Shown here: positions 1 through 9,071 of the stretch, piece after piece
How the letters are laid out: every line of letters starts with the position of its first letter
Numbering within the stretch: position 1 is the first letter of the stretch
Assembly: GCA_043821645.1 (NCBI GenBank)
Contig: JBDRCO010000130.1
Coordinates: 1-55,972 of the forward strand
Reading direction: 5' to 3'
DNA from: Pseudomonadota bacterium
Lineage (GTDB): Bacteria; Myxococcota; JACRCW01; JAFGSX01
Length of the DNA stretch: 55,972 nt
Program-made: the position numbers and the translations under genes
The notes under the pieces: generated by a model
The model's database searches: none
What the model was told of the DNA's origin: nothing
The model's input: only the letters and a program-made list of their open reading frames with translations

Positions 1-974
1 CCCGATGGTGTGAAACCGCTGCCCGTGTCGAACAGTCCCGCGATGAGCGCCATGGACACCAGCTCGGGCCGGGTCTTGAGCCCACGGAAGAAGCTGACGT
101 AGGCCTGGGTATCTTTGAGCAGGTTGGGCTGCGAGTAGCACAGGTCGGTGGACCCGGGCTGCTGCTCGTCGATGGTGCCGTCGTTGGAGCAGTCCTCCTC
201 GTCGGTGAGGAAGATGACCACCAGCTTGGTCTCCACCTCGTCGCCCGAGGCGTTGAGCTCCTTCTCGCGCAAGAAGGCCGGCAGGTCGCCCGAGCAGTCG
301 CGCGACTGGGCACAGGTACCGGCGCTGGGCGAGCGCGGATCCACGATCCCCGCCGGGGTCAGGAAGTGCTGAGTGGACTTCAGCCCCTGCTCCCAGGCCG
401 AGCCCCAGATGCCGATGTTGCGCACGATGTTGGAGAACTTGTTGGCGAGATCAGGGGTCTCCCAGTCCAGCACCTTAATGGTCGGGTCCTGCACGCTGGT
501 CTGCAGACAGCCGCGCTGCGGCACGGACGACCGGTGCGCGCCGCCGTAGGGCGCATCGCAGTCGTGCATGTCCGTGGTGATGATGCCGATGCGGAAATGG
601 TTCTTGAACAGCTGCAGGCGCTCGATGAAGCCGCACTCGGCGAAGATGGCCTGGATGTTCTGCGGCCAGTCCTCCTGCGCTTGCTCGGGGTGGCTGTCAA
701 TGTGCCCGCGCAGGGCGTTGAAACCCGAGCCGTCGCAGGCGTTGGACGGCGCCGACGAGGAGGACGACGAGGCGTTGCGCGCCAGGTTCTCCTGCTCCTC
801 GGCCATGGAGCCCGAGTTGTCGATGACGAACAGGATGTCGGCCGCGCGGTCGATATCGATCTTCTTGGGGTTGACCACGGTGCGCGTGGTGATGGGGATC
901 ACGCGCTGAAAGATGTGCTCATTGCAGCCCATGACCAGGATCATCGCCAGCAAGAGCAGGATCTTGGACTTCAT
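1..974 (-). CDS. VWA-domain lipoprotein of myxobacterial type (3' end outside window)
   Basis: Not in ORF track because it runs off the edge. Read manually from ATG at 974 with GGAG upstream: MKSKILLLLAMILVMGC (lipobox), ADILFVIDNSGSMAEEQ (MIDAS DxSxS), FRIGIITTD, GSAWEQGL, LVVIFLTDEEDCS. Frame is open to position 1. Confidence 0.9.
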   Translation of the reverse strand, partial: MKSKILLLLAMILVMGCNEHIFQRVIPITTRTVVNPKKIDIDRAADILFVIDNSGSMAEEQENLARNASSSSSSAPSNACDGSGFNALRGHIDSHPEQAQEDWPQNIQAIFAECGFIERLQLFKNHFRIGIITTDMHDCDAPYGGAHRSSVPQRGCLQTSVQDPTIKVLDWETPDLANKFSNIVRNIGIWGSAWEQGLKSTQHFLTPAGIVDPRSPSAGTCAQSRDCSGDLPAFLREKELNASGDEVETKLVVIFLTDEEDCSNDGTIDEQQPGSTDLCYSQPNLLKDTQAYVSFFRGLKTRPELVSMALIAGLFDTGSGFTPS

Positions 975-1076
975 GTTGTGCTCCGTGGGCTCCCGGCGCA
1001 TACCTCTGCCGGCCCTCGCCAGGACCACCGCCATGTCGCCGCAGGCGCGCGCCCGCCACAGCAGGGGTCCATGATC

Positions 1077-1105
1077 AATGTACGATCCGAGTCGGATCCC
1101 GTCAA
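1077..1105 (-). promoter_or_regulatory. sigma70-type promoter of the VWA lipoprotein gene, with palindrome in the spacer
   Basis: Minus strand TTGACG-17 bp-TACATT. Spacer contains GATCCGA-n-TCGGATC (1084-1098). Confidence 0.65.
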
Positions 1106-1255
1106 ACCCCAGTGTTCTTCCCGCGGGTGGCCCAAACCTTTAGAGCTGGCGATCAGGGCACCCTGCAGCCGGCGGACGCCACCGTCATACCCCCGAAAGA
1201 GCTGACGAAAAGGGTGCAACGTGGAGACGGCAACGCCGAGGCGGGGCCCGGGAGT

Positions 1256-1885
1256 TCAGCGCCCTGGTCCCGGCACCATGATGCTATCCGGACTCGCCTT
1301 GGCGCGCGGCCTGACCGGGTGCATGGGCTGACCGTCGGCGTCGATCTCGGCCACGATGATGCTGCCGTAGATCTTTTGCAGGTCTTTTTGAAAATTGCGG
1401 AACGAGCGTTTGAGCACCTCGAAGTGCACGGTGTACAGCACCGAGCCGCTGACGATGTACAGCTCCTCGACGGCCACCGTGTACTCGGTGTTGCCCTGGT
1501 AGTCGAACTCGAAGGAGCGTACCGAGGCCGGCTTGCCCGCGACGGTGAGGGTGCCGCCGCCCCTGTCCACGAAGGTGGGCAGCTTGCGCAGCGCGATGCC
1601 GGCATTGTGCGCCACCATCTCGGTGTCGACCTTGTTGGGCACGCTCTTCATTGTGATGGTCAGCTCGGCGCGATCGCCGGCCAGCTTGTTCGCCACCAGC
1701 TGCCCCTGTGCCGTCAGCTTGTGCTCCCAGCCGCCCGGGAACTCGACAGCGTAGTAGCCCTTGGGATGGAAGAAGGGCGGCGGCCGGCGCTGTCCGAACA
1801 TCTCCATGTCGAGCTGGGCCAGGGCGAGCGAGGACAGGGTGGTGGCAGCGAGAGCCATGGTGACGACGGTGATGCGCGTGTTCAT
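1256..1885 (-). CDS. Secreted PsbP/Mog1/DcrB-like fold protein
   Basis: Signal peptide (...SSLALA-Q). YYAVEFPGGW and TVAGKPA...YTVHF patterns are typical of PsbP-like proteins. Confidence 0.65.
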   Translation of the reverse strand: MNTRITVVTMALAATTLSSLALAQLDMEMFGQRRPPPFFHPKGYYAVEFPGGWEHKLTAQGQLVANKLAGDRAELTITMKSVPNKVDTEMVAHNAGIALRKLPTFVDRGGGTLTVAGKPASVRSFEFDYQGNTEYTVAVEELYIVSGSVLYTVHFEVLKRSFRNFQKDLQKIYGSIIVAEIDADGQPMHPVRPRAKASPDSIMVPGPGR

Positions 1886-1983
1886 GGTGCCATCCTAGCA
1901 GATCTCACGGGATGTCTCCCCCCGGGCGGGCTGCGGCAGTGGACGATGCGCCAGCTCCTTGGACGCCACCCCTCGCGTCCTGT

Positions 1984-2775
1984 TCACCCGGCCAGCGGCT
2001 GCACCAGGCGCACCTGCTGCCCACCCGCTGTCTCGACGATCAGGGCGCCATCGGAATCCAGGTCCACCGCCCGGCCCTGCACCCGGCGGCCGTCGAGCGC
2101 AACCTCGACCTGCTGTCCCAGGGTGGCCGAGCGTTGCCGCAAGGCGTCGAGCAGTCCGGCCATCCCCTGACGCTGGAGCCGCTCGAGCCAGTGCTCCAGC
2201 CGGCCACACAGCGCCGCCACCACCGCCTCGCGGTCCTGCGCCTGCCCGGTCTCGGCACGGATCGAACTGGCCAGCCCCCGCAGGGCATCCGGGAAGTCCT
2301 CCACCGCCGTGTTGACGTTGAGCCCCACACCCAGCACCGCGTACGCGAGCGCCTCGCCGCGGGCCGCAGTCTCGACCAGGATCCCCGCCAGCTTGCGGGT
2401 GCCGCGCGCATCCTGCACCACCACGTCGTTGGGCCACTTGAGGCGCGAGCGCACACCGCAGTCGCGCACCACGTCGTCCACGGCGAGGGCCGCCAGGTGC
2501 ACCAGTTCTGTGGCGCGGCGCGCGGGCAGTTCGGGGCGCAGCACCAGGGACAGCGCGAGGCCGTGTTTCACGTCGTGCCACCAGCTCGAGCCCTGACGGC
2601 CGTGCCCGGCACTCTGTTGCCGCGCGAGCACCAGCGTGCCGTGGGGGCAGCCCGCGCGGGCCAGCTGCAGCGCGTGCGCGTTGCTGCTCGGAGTCGCGTC
2701 GAGCAGGTGCAGCGGCTGACCCAGGCCACGGCCCGCCAGTGCCTGCTGCAGCCGCCGCTGGTCGAGGTCTGTCAC
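1984..2775 (-). CDS. birA: Biotin--[acetyl-CoA carboxylase] ligase (no N-terminal HTH)
   Basis: QSAGHGRQGSSW, LKWPND, KLAGILVE, GVGLNVN. GTG start overlaps the nadC stop. Confidence 0.95.
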   Translation of the reverse strand: MTDLDQRRLQQALAGRGLGQPLHLLDATPSSNAHALQLARAGCPHGTLVLARQQSAGHGRQGSSWWHDVKHGLALSLVLRPELPARRATELVHLAALAVDDVVRDCGVRSRLKWPNDVVVQDARGTRKLAGILVETAARGEALAYAVLGVGLNVNTAVEDFPDALRGLASSIRAETGQAQDREAVVAALCGRLEHWLERLQRQGMAGLLDALRQRSATLGQQVEVALDGRRVQGRAVDLDSDGALIVETAGGQQVRLVQPLAG

Positions 2776-3632
2776 GCCTGCCCGGGGACCAGCTTCATGG
2801 ACAGGTCCACGGCCACCGCGCTGTGCGTCAGGCCGCCCATCGAGATGGCGTCGACACCCGTGGCGGCGACCGCGCTCAGACGCTCCGCCGTCATGTTGCC
2901 CGAGGCTTCGAGAAAAGCGTCGGGCTTGAGCGCGCGCGCCACCTGCACCGCGGAGCGCAGCAGGGCGTCGTCCATGTTGTCGAGGAGCAGCGCATCGGCG
3001 CCGGCCACCAGGGCCTGCTCGACCTGATCCAGGGTGGAGGCCTCGACCTGCACCTTGAGCAGATGATGGGCATGGCGCCGGGCCAGGTGCACGGCAGCGG
3101 CCACCGACCCCGCGGCGGTGATGTGGTTGTCCTTGATCAGCACGCCGTCGAACAGACCGTGGCGATGGTTGACCCCGCCGCCGGCGCGCACCGCGGCCTT
3201 CTCGAGGTCGCGCAGCCCGGGCGTGGTCTTGCGCGTGTCGAGCAGCGCCACCGTCGGGAACATCTTGAGGCGGGTGCGCAGCTGGGCGGTGTGGGTCGCG
3301 ATGCCCGACAGGTGCATCAGGAAGTTCAACCCCACCCGCTCACCACCGAGCAGCGACCGCGTCGGCCCCGTGACCTCGAGCACCACGTCGCCTTTGCGAA
3401 CCCGCGTGGCGTCGCAAAAGCGCGCCACCACCTGCACCCGCGGGTCCAGGCGCTCGAACACGCGCGTGAACACCTCGACCCCGGCCAGCACCAGGTCCTG
3501 CTTGGCTCGCACCTCGGCGCGAGCCACCGCGTCGTCGTCGATGGTGGCCAGGCTGGTGACATCTCCGGGGCCGAGATCCTCGGCCAGGGCCAGGGCGATC
3601 AGGGCGTCGAGATGGGGCGACAGCGTGTTCAT
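2772..3632 (-). CDS. nadC: Nicotinate-nucleotide diphosphorylase (quinolinate phosphoribosyltransferase)
   Basis: EDLGPGDVT, DTRKTTPG, HRHGLFDGVLIKDNH, LLDN, EASGN. Confidence 0.97.
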   Translation of the reverse strand: MNTLSPHLDALIALALAEDLGPGDVTSLATIDDDAVARAEVRAKQDLVLAGVEVFTRVFERLDPRVQVVARFCDATRVRKGDVVLEVTGPTRSLLGGERVGLNFLMHLSGIATHTAQLRTRLKMFPTVALLDTRKTTPGLRDLEKAAVRAGGGVNHRHGLFDGVLIKDNHITAAGSVAAAVHLARRHAHHLLKVQVEASTLDQVEQALVAGADALLLDNMDDALLRSAVQVARALKPDAFLEASGNMTAERLSAVAATGVDAISMGGLTHSAVAVDLSMKLVPGQA

Positions 3633-3678
3633 GGGCAGGCTCGTGGGGACCGTGGCGCGGGGGTGACGCCGGCGCGCG

Positions 3679-4890
3679 CTACACCCAGGCGTGGGGGTCG
3701 ACGATGGGATCGGGGAAGGTCAGGTGGCGCACCGCCTCCATGGCGAAGCCGTCGCTCATGCCGGCCACGTAGTCGCCGACCACGCGCAGGGCCAGGTGCG
3801 GGTCGCGCTCGCTGTACACACCCGTCATGCGATCCAGGTAGTGGCCAAAGCGACGGTCCACCGGCTGCTCGCTGAGCTGGTAGGCCGCAACGTCGAGGCC
3901 GTACTGCGGGAACACCCCGACCAGGTGGTCGAACAGGGTGGAGATCATCGACATGCCGTAGGCCTGATAGCGCTGCATGCGCGGATCCTTGTAGATGCGC
4001 GCGTAGTTGAAGGCCTTGAGCTCTGTCACCAGGGCGTGCACGGGTGGCGAGAAACCGAGGGCATCGTGGGTCGACGAGTACTCGATGACGTCGCGCACCA
4101 GGGTGTCGATGATCTCGCCGTTGGTGGTCCCCAGGGCCAGACGCAGATGATCGGGCACGTCCGCCAGCGAGATGAAGCGCGCGGTGACGGCGTCCTCGAT
4201 GTCGCGCCCGAGGTAGGCGATCTTGTCGGCCAGGCGCAGCGCGCAGCCCTCCCACGACGAGGGCTGGCCTGCCCGGTTGCGCACCTGGCTCAGGTCCTTG
4301 ACGGTGGCCACGGGGCGCAGCGCCTGCTCGTCGGTCTCACCACAGTGCGAGACCATGGCATCGCGCACGCCGTAGGTGAGGTTGAGGCCCCGGCCGCTGT
4401 TCATGAGCAGGTCGACCACGCGCAGGCTCTGCAGCTCGTGCATGAAGCCACCCAGGGGCTTGAGCTTCTGATCGAGGATCACCTCGCCGGCATGACCGCA
4501 GGGTGGGTGCCCGAGGTCGTGGCCCAGGCCCGCCGCCATGGCGAGGTCGCTGTCCAGCCCCAGGCCCTTGCAGATGGTCGCGGCGACGGTGGCCACGTGC
4601 AGCGAGTGCTCGATGCGGGTGCAGATGTGGTCGTTGCGCGGGTCAAAGAACACCTGGGTCTTGCGCTTGAGGCGACGGAAAGCCGGGCAGTGGATGATGG
4701 CCGTCTGGTCCCGGAAGTAATCCCCGCGCACGTCGAGCTGGCGCGGCCGCTGGCGCTGCAGGTAGGTCTCCAGCGGCAGGGGATTCGACTTGTCCTGGCG
4801 CGCCGACGCCGCCGTCGGGGTGCCGGCCCGGGTGCTGCGCGCGCGGCCCACCCTGGCGGAAGGCTGGGTGCTGGCTTTCCTTCGCGGCAT
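3679..4890 (-). CDS. dgt: HD-domain deoxyguanosinetriphosphate triphosphohydrolase-like protein
   Basis: FRRLKRKTQVF, TRIEHSLHV, HDLGHPPCGHAGE, ADKIAY, DYVAGMSD. Confidence 0.9.
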   Translation of the reverse strand: MPRRKASTQPSARVGRARSTRAGTPTAASARQDKSNPLPLETYLQRQRPRQLDVRGDYFRDQTAIIHCPAFRRLKRKTQVFFDPRNDHICTRIEHSLHVATVAATICKGLGLDSDLAMAAGLGHDLGHPPCGHAGEVILDQKLKPLGGFMHELQSLRVVDLLMNSGRGLNLTYGVRDAMVSHCGETDEQALRPVATVKDLSQVRNRAGQPSSWEGCALRLADKIAYLGRDIEDAVTARFISLADVPDHLRLALGTTNGEIIDTLVRDVIEYSSTHDALGFSPPVHALVTELKAFNYARIYKDPRMQRYQAYGMSMISTLFDHLVGVFPQYGLDVAAYQLSEQPVDRRFGHYLDRMTGVYSERDPHLALRVVGDYVAGMSDGFAMEAVRHLTFPDPIVDPHAWV

Positions 4891-4893
4891 GTC

Positions 4894-5886
4894 TCAGGCC
4901 CGGCCGGCCGAGCCCAGCACGGCCTCGTTCTTGTGCTTGATGAGCTTGATGAGCTCGTCGCGGGCGGGGCCCAGGTACTTGCGCGGATCGAACTCACCCG
5001 GCTTGTCGGCAAACACCTTGCGGATCATCGCCGTCATGGCCAGGCGGCCGTCGGAGTCGATGTTGATCTTGCACACGGCACTGGCCGCGGCGCGCCGCAG
5101 CTGCTCCTCGGGGATGCCCACGGCATCCTTGATCTGGCCGCCGTTGCTGTTGATCATCGTGACGTACTCGGGCATCACCGACGAGGCGCCGTGCAGCACG
5201 ATGGGGAAGCCCGGGATGCGGCGCTCGATCTCGTCGAGGATGTCGAAGCGCAGGTCGGGGGGCACCAGCACGCCGTCGGCGTTGCGGGTGCACTGGGACG
5301 GCTTGAACTTGTTGGCGCCGTGCGAGGTGCCGATGCTGATGGCCAGGCTGTCCACGCCGGTGCGCTTGACGAAGTCCTCGACCTGCTCGGGCTGGGTGTA
5401 GATGGACTTGGCGGCGACCACGTCGTCCTCGATACCCGCCAGCACGCCCAGCTCGCCCTCCACGGTGACGTCGTGCTGGTGCGCGTACTCGACCACCTTC
5501 TTGGTGAGCGCGATGTTCTCGTCGTAGGGATGGTGCGAGCCGTCTATCATCACCGACGAGAAGCCGGTCTCGATGCAGGACACGCACAGCTCGTAGGTGT
5601 CGCCGTGATCCAGGTGCAGGGCGATGGGGATCTTCGCGCCCAGACTCCGCGCCAGCTCCACCGCACCCATGGCGAGGTGCCGGAGCAGGATCTGGTTGGC
5701 GTACTTGCGCGCGCCCGACGACACCTGCAGGATGACCGGGCTCTTGGACTCGCTGCAGCCCAGGATGATGGCCTGCATCTGCTCGAGATTATTAAAATTA
5801 TAGGCCGGAATGGCGTACTTGCCGGCCATCGCATTCTTGAACATGTCGCGGGTATTGCTCAGCCCGAGTTCCTTGTAGCTGGTCAT
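4894..5886 (-). CDS. fba: Class II fructose-bisphosphate aldolase
   Basis: PAYNFNN, LHLDHG, SSVMIDGS, VEGELG, GTSHG, VLHGAS, KINID. Start placed at ATG 5886, 6 nt after GAGGAG; the ORF-track upstream extension is judged spurious. Confidence 0.96.
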   Translation of the reverse strand: MTSYKELGLSNTRDMFKNAMAGKYAIPAYNFNNLEQMQAIILGCSESKSPVILQVSSGARKYANQILLRHLAMGAVELARSLGAKIPIALHLDHGDTYELCVSCIETGFSSVMIDGSHHPYDENIALTKKVVEYAHQHDVTVEGELGVLAGIEDDVVAAKSIYTQPEQVEDFVKRTGVDSLAISIGTSHGANKFKPSQCTRNADGVLVPPDLRFDILDEIERRIPGFPIVLHGASSVMPEYVTMINSNGGQIKDAVGIPEEQLRRAAASAVCKINIDSDGRLAMTAMIRKVFADKPGEFDPRKYLGPARDELIKLIKHKNEAVLGSAGRA

Positions 5887-5968
5887 CGCCATCTCCTCGC
5901 CCAGGTCTGCCTGGGGAACGTCGTCCTGGTGGCCGGTCCGCGCCCGCGGATCAGTCTTCAGCGTGCGG

Positions 5969-5997
5969 AATATGTCGCTTTTGACGAGCCGTCGCAA
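5969..5997 (-). promoter_or_regulatory. Putative sigma70 promoter of fba operon
   Basis: Minus strand TTGCGA-17 bp-CATATT, about 80 nt upstream of the fba start. Confidence 0.45.
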
Positions 5998-6133
5998 CCG
6001 TGGGCCAGGCAACACACCCAGGCGTCGACGGTGGGAGCGGACGGTTGACGACGCCGCAGCTGGTGGATTTTCCCGACAGGCGGCTAGACCGATGTCGCCC
6101 GCCATTGAGTTCGTGGTGTGGGGCCCCCGCGAC

Positions 6134-6181
6134 GGGGCAAGCCTTTTTGTTCTCGCAGGCTGCGAAAAAAAGCCTTGCCCC
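6134..6181. terminator. Long imperfect inverted repeat downstream of rapZ (possible terminator or protein-binding site)
   Basis: Left arm GGGGCAAGCCTTTTTGTTCTCGCAG pairs with right arm CTGCGAAAAAAAGCCTTGCCCC. Confidence 0.45.
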
Positions 6182-6220
6182 TGCGCCCCACACGTTCGAT
6201 CGACTCCGCCCGAAATCGGC

Positions 6221-7096
6221 CTAGCGGTTGATGTCCCGGTGCAGCGGTGCCGACACGCGGAGCCCGCGATCCAGCAAGCGCCGGGCCAGGGCCTCGATGA
6301 GCGCCACCGAGCGATGGTGGCCACCGGTGCAGCCTATGGCCACGTGCAGGCGGGTGCGGCCCGCAGTGCGCCGCTGCGACTCCAGCTCCAGCACCAGGCC
6401 CTCGATGTGGTCGAGAAAGGTCTGCGCGTCAGTGTGCTGCAGCACGTGCCCGGCGACCGCCGCATCCTGGCCCGTGCGCTCGCGCAGCGCTTCGACGAAG
6501 AAGGGATTGGGCAAAAAGCGCGCATCCAGAATGAGCTGGGCGTCCCGGGGCAGGCCATGTTTGAAGCCGAAGCTCGACAGGGTGATCTGCATCTCGGTCG
6601 CGGTGGAGCTGTAGCGGGCGCCGATCTCCTGCCGCAGTGCGCGGGCCTTGAGCTCGCTGGTGTCGATGATGTGGTCGGCGGCGTGCCGCAGTGGTTCGAG
6701 CAGCTCGCCCTCGTGCTGGATGGCCTGGTCCAGGCGGCCGTCCTGATCCAGGGGATGCCGGCGGCGGCTCTCGGAGAAGCGGCGCACCAGCACCTCGGGC
6801 CGCGCATCCAGGAACAGCAGCTCGACCTGGTGACCGTCGCGCTGCAAGCCTTGCCGGGCCTGCAGCAGGGCCGCGACATCCTCGGGCTGCTGCACCACGG
6901 CGACCAGCCCCAGGCGATCGAGCCGGCCACCGGCGGCCTCGGAGAACTCGACCAGGGGGGCGACCAGGGCCACCGGCAGGTTGTCGACGCAAAAGGCGCC
7001 CGCATCCTCGAGCGCGTCCGACACCGTGGTCTTGCCCGCGCCCGCCAGGCCGGTGACCAGCACCACTCGCACGCCAGGATCCGGGTTCGTCGTCAC
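6221..7096 (-). CDS. rapZ: RNase adapter RapZ / YvcJ P-loop protein
   Basis: VTGLAGAGKT, CVDNLP, RRRHPL, SFGFKHG, DARFLPNPF, IGCTGGHHRS. Confidence 0.96.
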   Translation of the reverse strand: MTTNPDPGVRVVLVTGLAGAGKTTVSDALEDAGAFCVDNLPVALVAPLVEFSEAAGGRLDRLGLVAVVQQPEDVAALLQARQGLQRDGHQVELLFLDARPEVLVRRFSESRRRHPLDQDGRLDQAIQHEGELLEPLRHAADHIIDTSELKARALRQEIGARYSSTATEMQITLSSFGFKHGLPRDAQLILDARFLPNPFFVEALRERTGQDAAVAGHVLQHTDAQTFLDHIEGLVLELESQRRTAGRTRLHVAIGCTGGHHRSVALIEALARRLLDRGLRVSAPLHRDINR

Positions 7097-7305
7097 GCTG
7101 CGCTCCGTCGACGCTCAAGACCGCCGCAGGATAGGCGAGCCAAGCGGGCTTTGCCATCGGGATCCTTGGCCTGGCCGGCGTCCCGCGCTATGACGCCACA
7201 CGTGACCACCACATGACACAGGCCAGCGCGCGCCCCTTAGGTTATGGGCGCCCGCAGCGACGGGACCTGCGGGTCTGACCCCGCGACACCGCGACAGGAC
7301 TGCCC

Positions 7306-8280
7306 ATGGCTGGACCACAGACCCTTCGCATCGGAACCCGCGGCAGCCGCCTGGCCATGTGGCAGGCCGAGACCGTGCGCGATCTGCTGCAGCGCCAGCA
7401 TCCGGATCTCGGTGTCGAGATCGTGGTCATCAAGACCCTCGGCGACAGGGACACGGTCACTCCCCTGGTGCAGCTCGGCGGTGTCGGCGTGTTCACCAAG
7501 GAGATCGAGACCGCGCTGCGCCGCGACGAATGCGACATCGGCGTGCACAGCCTCAAGGACGTCCCGACCCAGCTGGAGGACGACTTCGCGCTGGTCGCGG
7601 TGCTCGAGCGCGAGGATCCGCGCGATGTCATCGTCAGCCGCGGCGGTGGCGGCCTCGACAGCCTGCCCGCGGGAGCGCGCGTCGGTTCTTCGAGCCTGCG
7701 CCGGCGCAGCCAGCTCTTGCACCGCCGGCCCGATCTGCAGTTCTGCGACCTGCGGGGCAACGTGCAGACCCGGCTGCGCGCCGTGGGCGTGCACCTCGAC
7801 GAGGGCAAGGCGCGCGAGGGCGCGCTGCTCGACGCCACATTCCTGGCCCTGGCCGGGCTCAAGCGCCTGGGTCTGGACCAGCACGTGTCACAGGTGCTCG
7901 AGCCCGACGCCCTGCTGCCCGCGCCGGCCCAGGGGGCGGTGGGCATCGAGGTCCGGAAATCGGACAGCCGTGCCATCGCCCGCCTGCAGGTGCTGGATCA
8001 CGCGCCCACCCGCGCCGTGACCACGGCCGAGCGCACCTTCCTGCGCACTCTCGAGGGCGGCTGCAAGGTGCCCATCGGCGCCCTCGCCACCCCCGTGGCC
8101 GGCGGTCTGCGACTCGAAGGTGTGGTGGGGGATCTCGACGGTCGGCGCCTGTATCGCGACGCGGTCGAGGGTCCAGATCCCGACGCGCTGGGTCGCCTGC
8201 TCGCCGACAGGCTGCGCGCCGCCGGCGCCGAGGCGATCCTGGCCGACCTGCGCGCCCTGATCCAGGGAGCACCGACGTGA
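7306..8280 (+). CDS. hemC: Hydroxymethylbilane synthase (porphobilinogen deaminase)
   Basis: IGTRGSRLAMWQ, GVFTKEIE, HSLKDVP, SSLRRRSQ, LRGNVQTRL, LEGGCKVPIG. Confidence 0.97.
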   Translation: MAGPQTLRIGTRGSRLAMWQAETVRDLLQRQHPDLGVEIVVIKTLGDRDTVTPLVQLGGVGVFTKEIETALRRDECDIGVHSLKDVPTQLEDDFALVAVLEREDPRDVIVSRGGGGLDSLPAGARVGSSSLRRRSQLLHRRPDLQFCDLRGNVQTRLRAVGVHLDEGKAREGALLDATFLALAGLKRLGLDQHVSQVLEPDALLPAPAQGAVGIEVRKSDSRAIARLQVLDHAPTRAVTTAERTFLRTLEGGCKVPIGALATPVAGGLRLEGVVGDLDGRRLYRDAVEGPDPDALGRLLADRLRAAGAEAILADLRALIQGAPT

Positions 8281-9071
8281 GCGAGCGCCCCTTGCAGGGC
8301 CGGGTGGTCGTGATCACCCGCCGGCGCGAGGATGCACCCGCGCTGGTGCAGAGCCTCGAGGCGCAGGGTGCCCGGGTGCACTGCATACCCATGATTCGCT
8401 TCGCGCCTCCCGACGACACCACGGTCCTGGCCCAGGCCCGAGAACGGGTCGCGGACCACGATCTGCTGGTGCTCACCAGCAAGCAGGCGGTGCGCGCCTT
8501 CTTGCACGCGCTGCCCCCCCCCAGCTCCGCGCTGCGCGTGGTGGCGGTGGGTCACAGCACGGCCGAGGCCATTCGCGACCTTGGCTGGCCGGTGCACGTC
8601 GAGGGCACGGGCGAGGGCGGTGAAGCCCTGGCGCAGCAGCTGGTACAGCAGGGCGGTCTCGACGGCACGCGGGTGCTCTACCCCGTGTCCAGCCTGGCGC
8701 GCTCTGGCCTCCCGGCGACGCTGCGCGAGGCAGGGGCGCGGGTCGACGAGGTGGTGGCCTACCAGACCCTGCCGCCGACCCTCGACACCTGCGCGGCGCT
8801 GTGGCCCCTGCTCGACGACACTCGGGCGCTGTTTGTGTATGCCAGCCCGTCTGCCGCGGCACACCTCGAGCAGCTCGCGCGCGACCACCACAGCCCTGTG
8901 CCATGGACCGCACACACCTGCATCTCGATCGGCCCCACGACGACCAGGGCGCTGCGGCAGCTCGGCGCGCTCCAGGTCTTCGAGGCCAGCCGCCCCGACG
9001 ACGAGGGGCTGCTCGACGCCCTGGCCCGCGCCGCGAGCGCCGGGCCACCCAACACGGAGGTTCGCACATGA
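8277..9071 (+). CDS. hemD: Uroporphyrinogen-III synthase
   Basis: GTG overlaps the hemC stop. PLQGRVVVITR, LTSKQAV, VAVGHSTA, VAYQT, ASPSAA, SIGPTT. Confidence 0.92.
   Translation: MSERPLQGRVVVITRRREDAPALVQSLEAQGARVHCIPMIRFAPPDDTTVLAQARERVADHDLLVLTSKQAVRAFLHALPPPSSALRVVAVGHSTAEAIRDLGWPVHVEGTGEGGEALAQQLVQQGGLDGTRVLYPVSSLARSGLPATLREAGARVDEVVAYQTLPPTLDTCAALWPLLDDTRALFVYASPSAAAHLEQLARDHHSPVPWTAHTCISIGPTTTRALRQLGALQVFEASRPDDEGLLDALARAASAGPPNTEVRT

Noticed and set aside
3679-4890. dGTPase as an anti-phage defence gene
   Set aside because: It is embedded in a housekeeping operon (fba-dgt-nadC-birA) with host-like codon usage and no defence-island context.
5778-5809. dif-like appearance of the AT patch in fba (…CCTATAA TTTTAA TAATCTCGAG)
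   Set aside because: The XerD arm matches TTATGTTAAAT poorly, and the site lies within a conserved coding motif.
5887-6324. N-terminal extension of fba in the ORF track (similar extensions for hemD, hemL, recN, tsaB, murB, the GlcD-like oxidase, the ferredoxin and the acyl-CoA dehydrogenase)
   Set aside because: Extensions overlap other genes or promoters. Homology and RBS or overlap signals start at the downstream codons.
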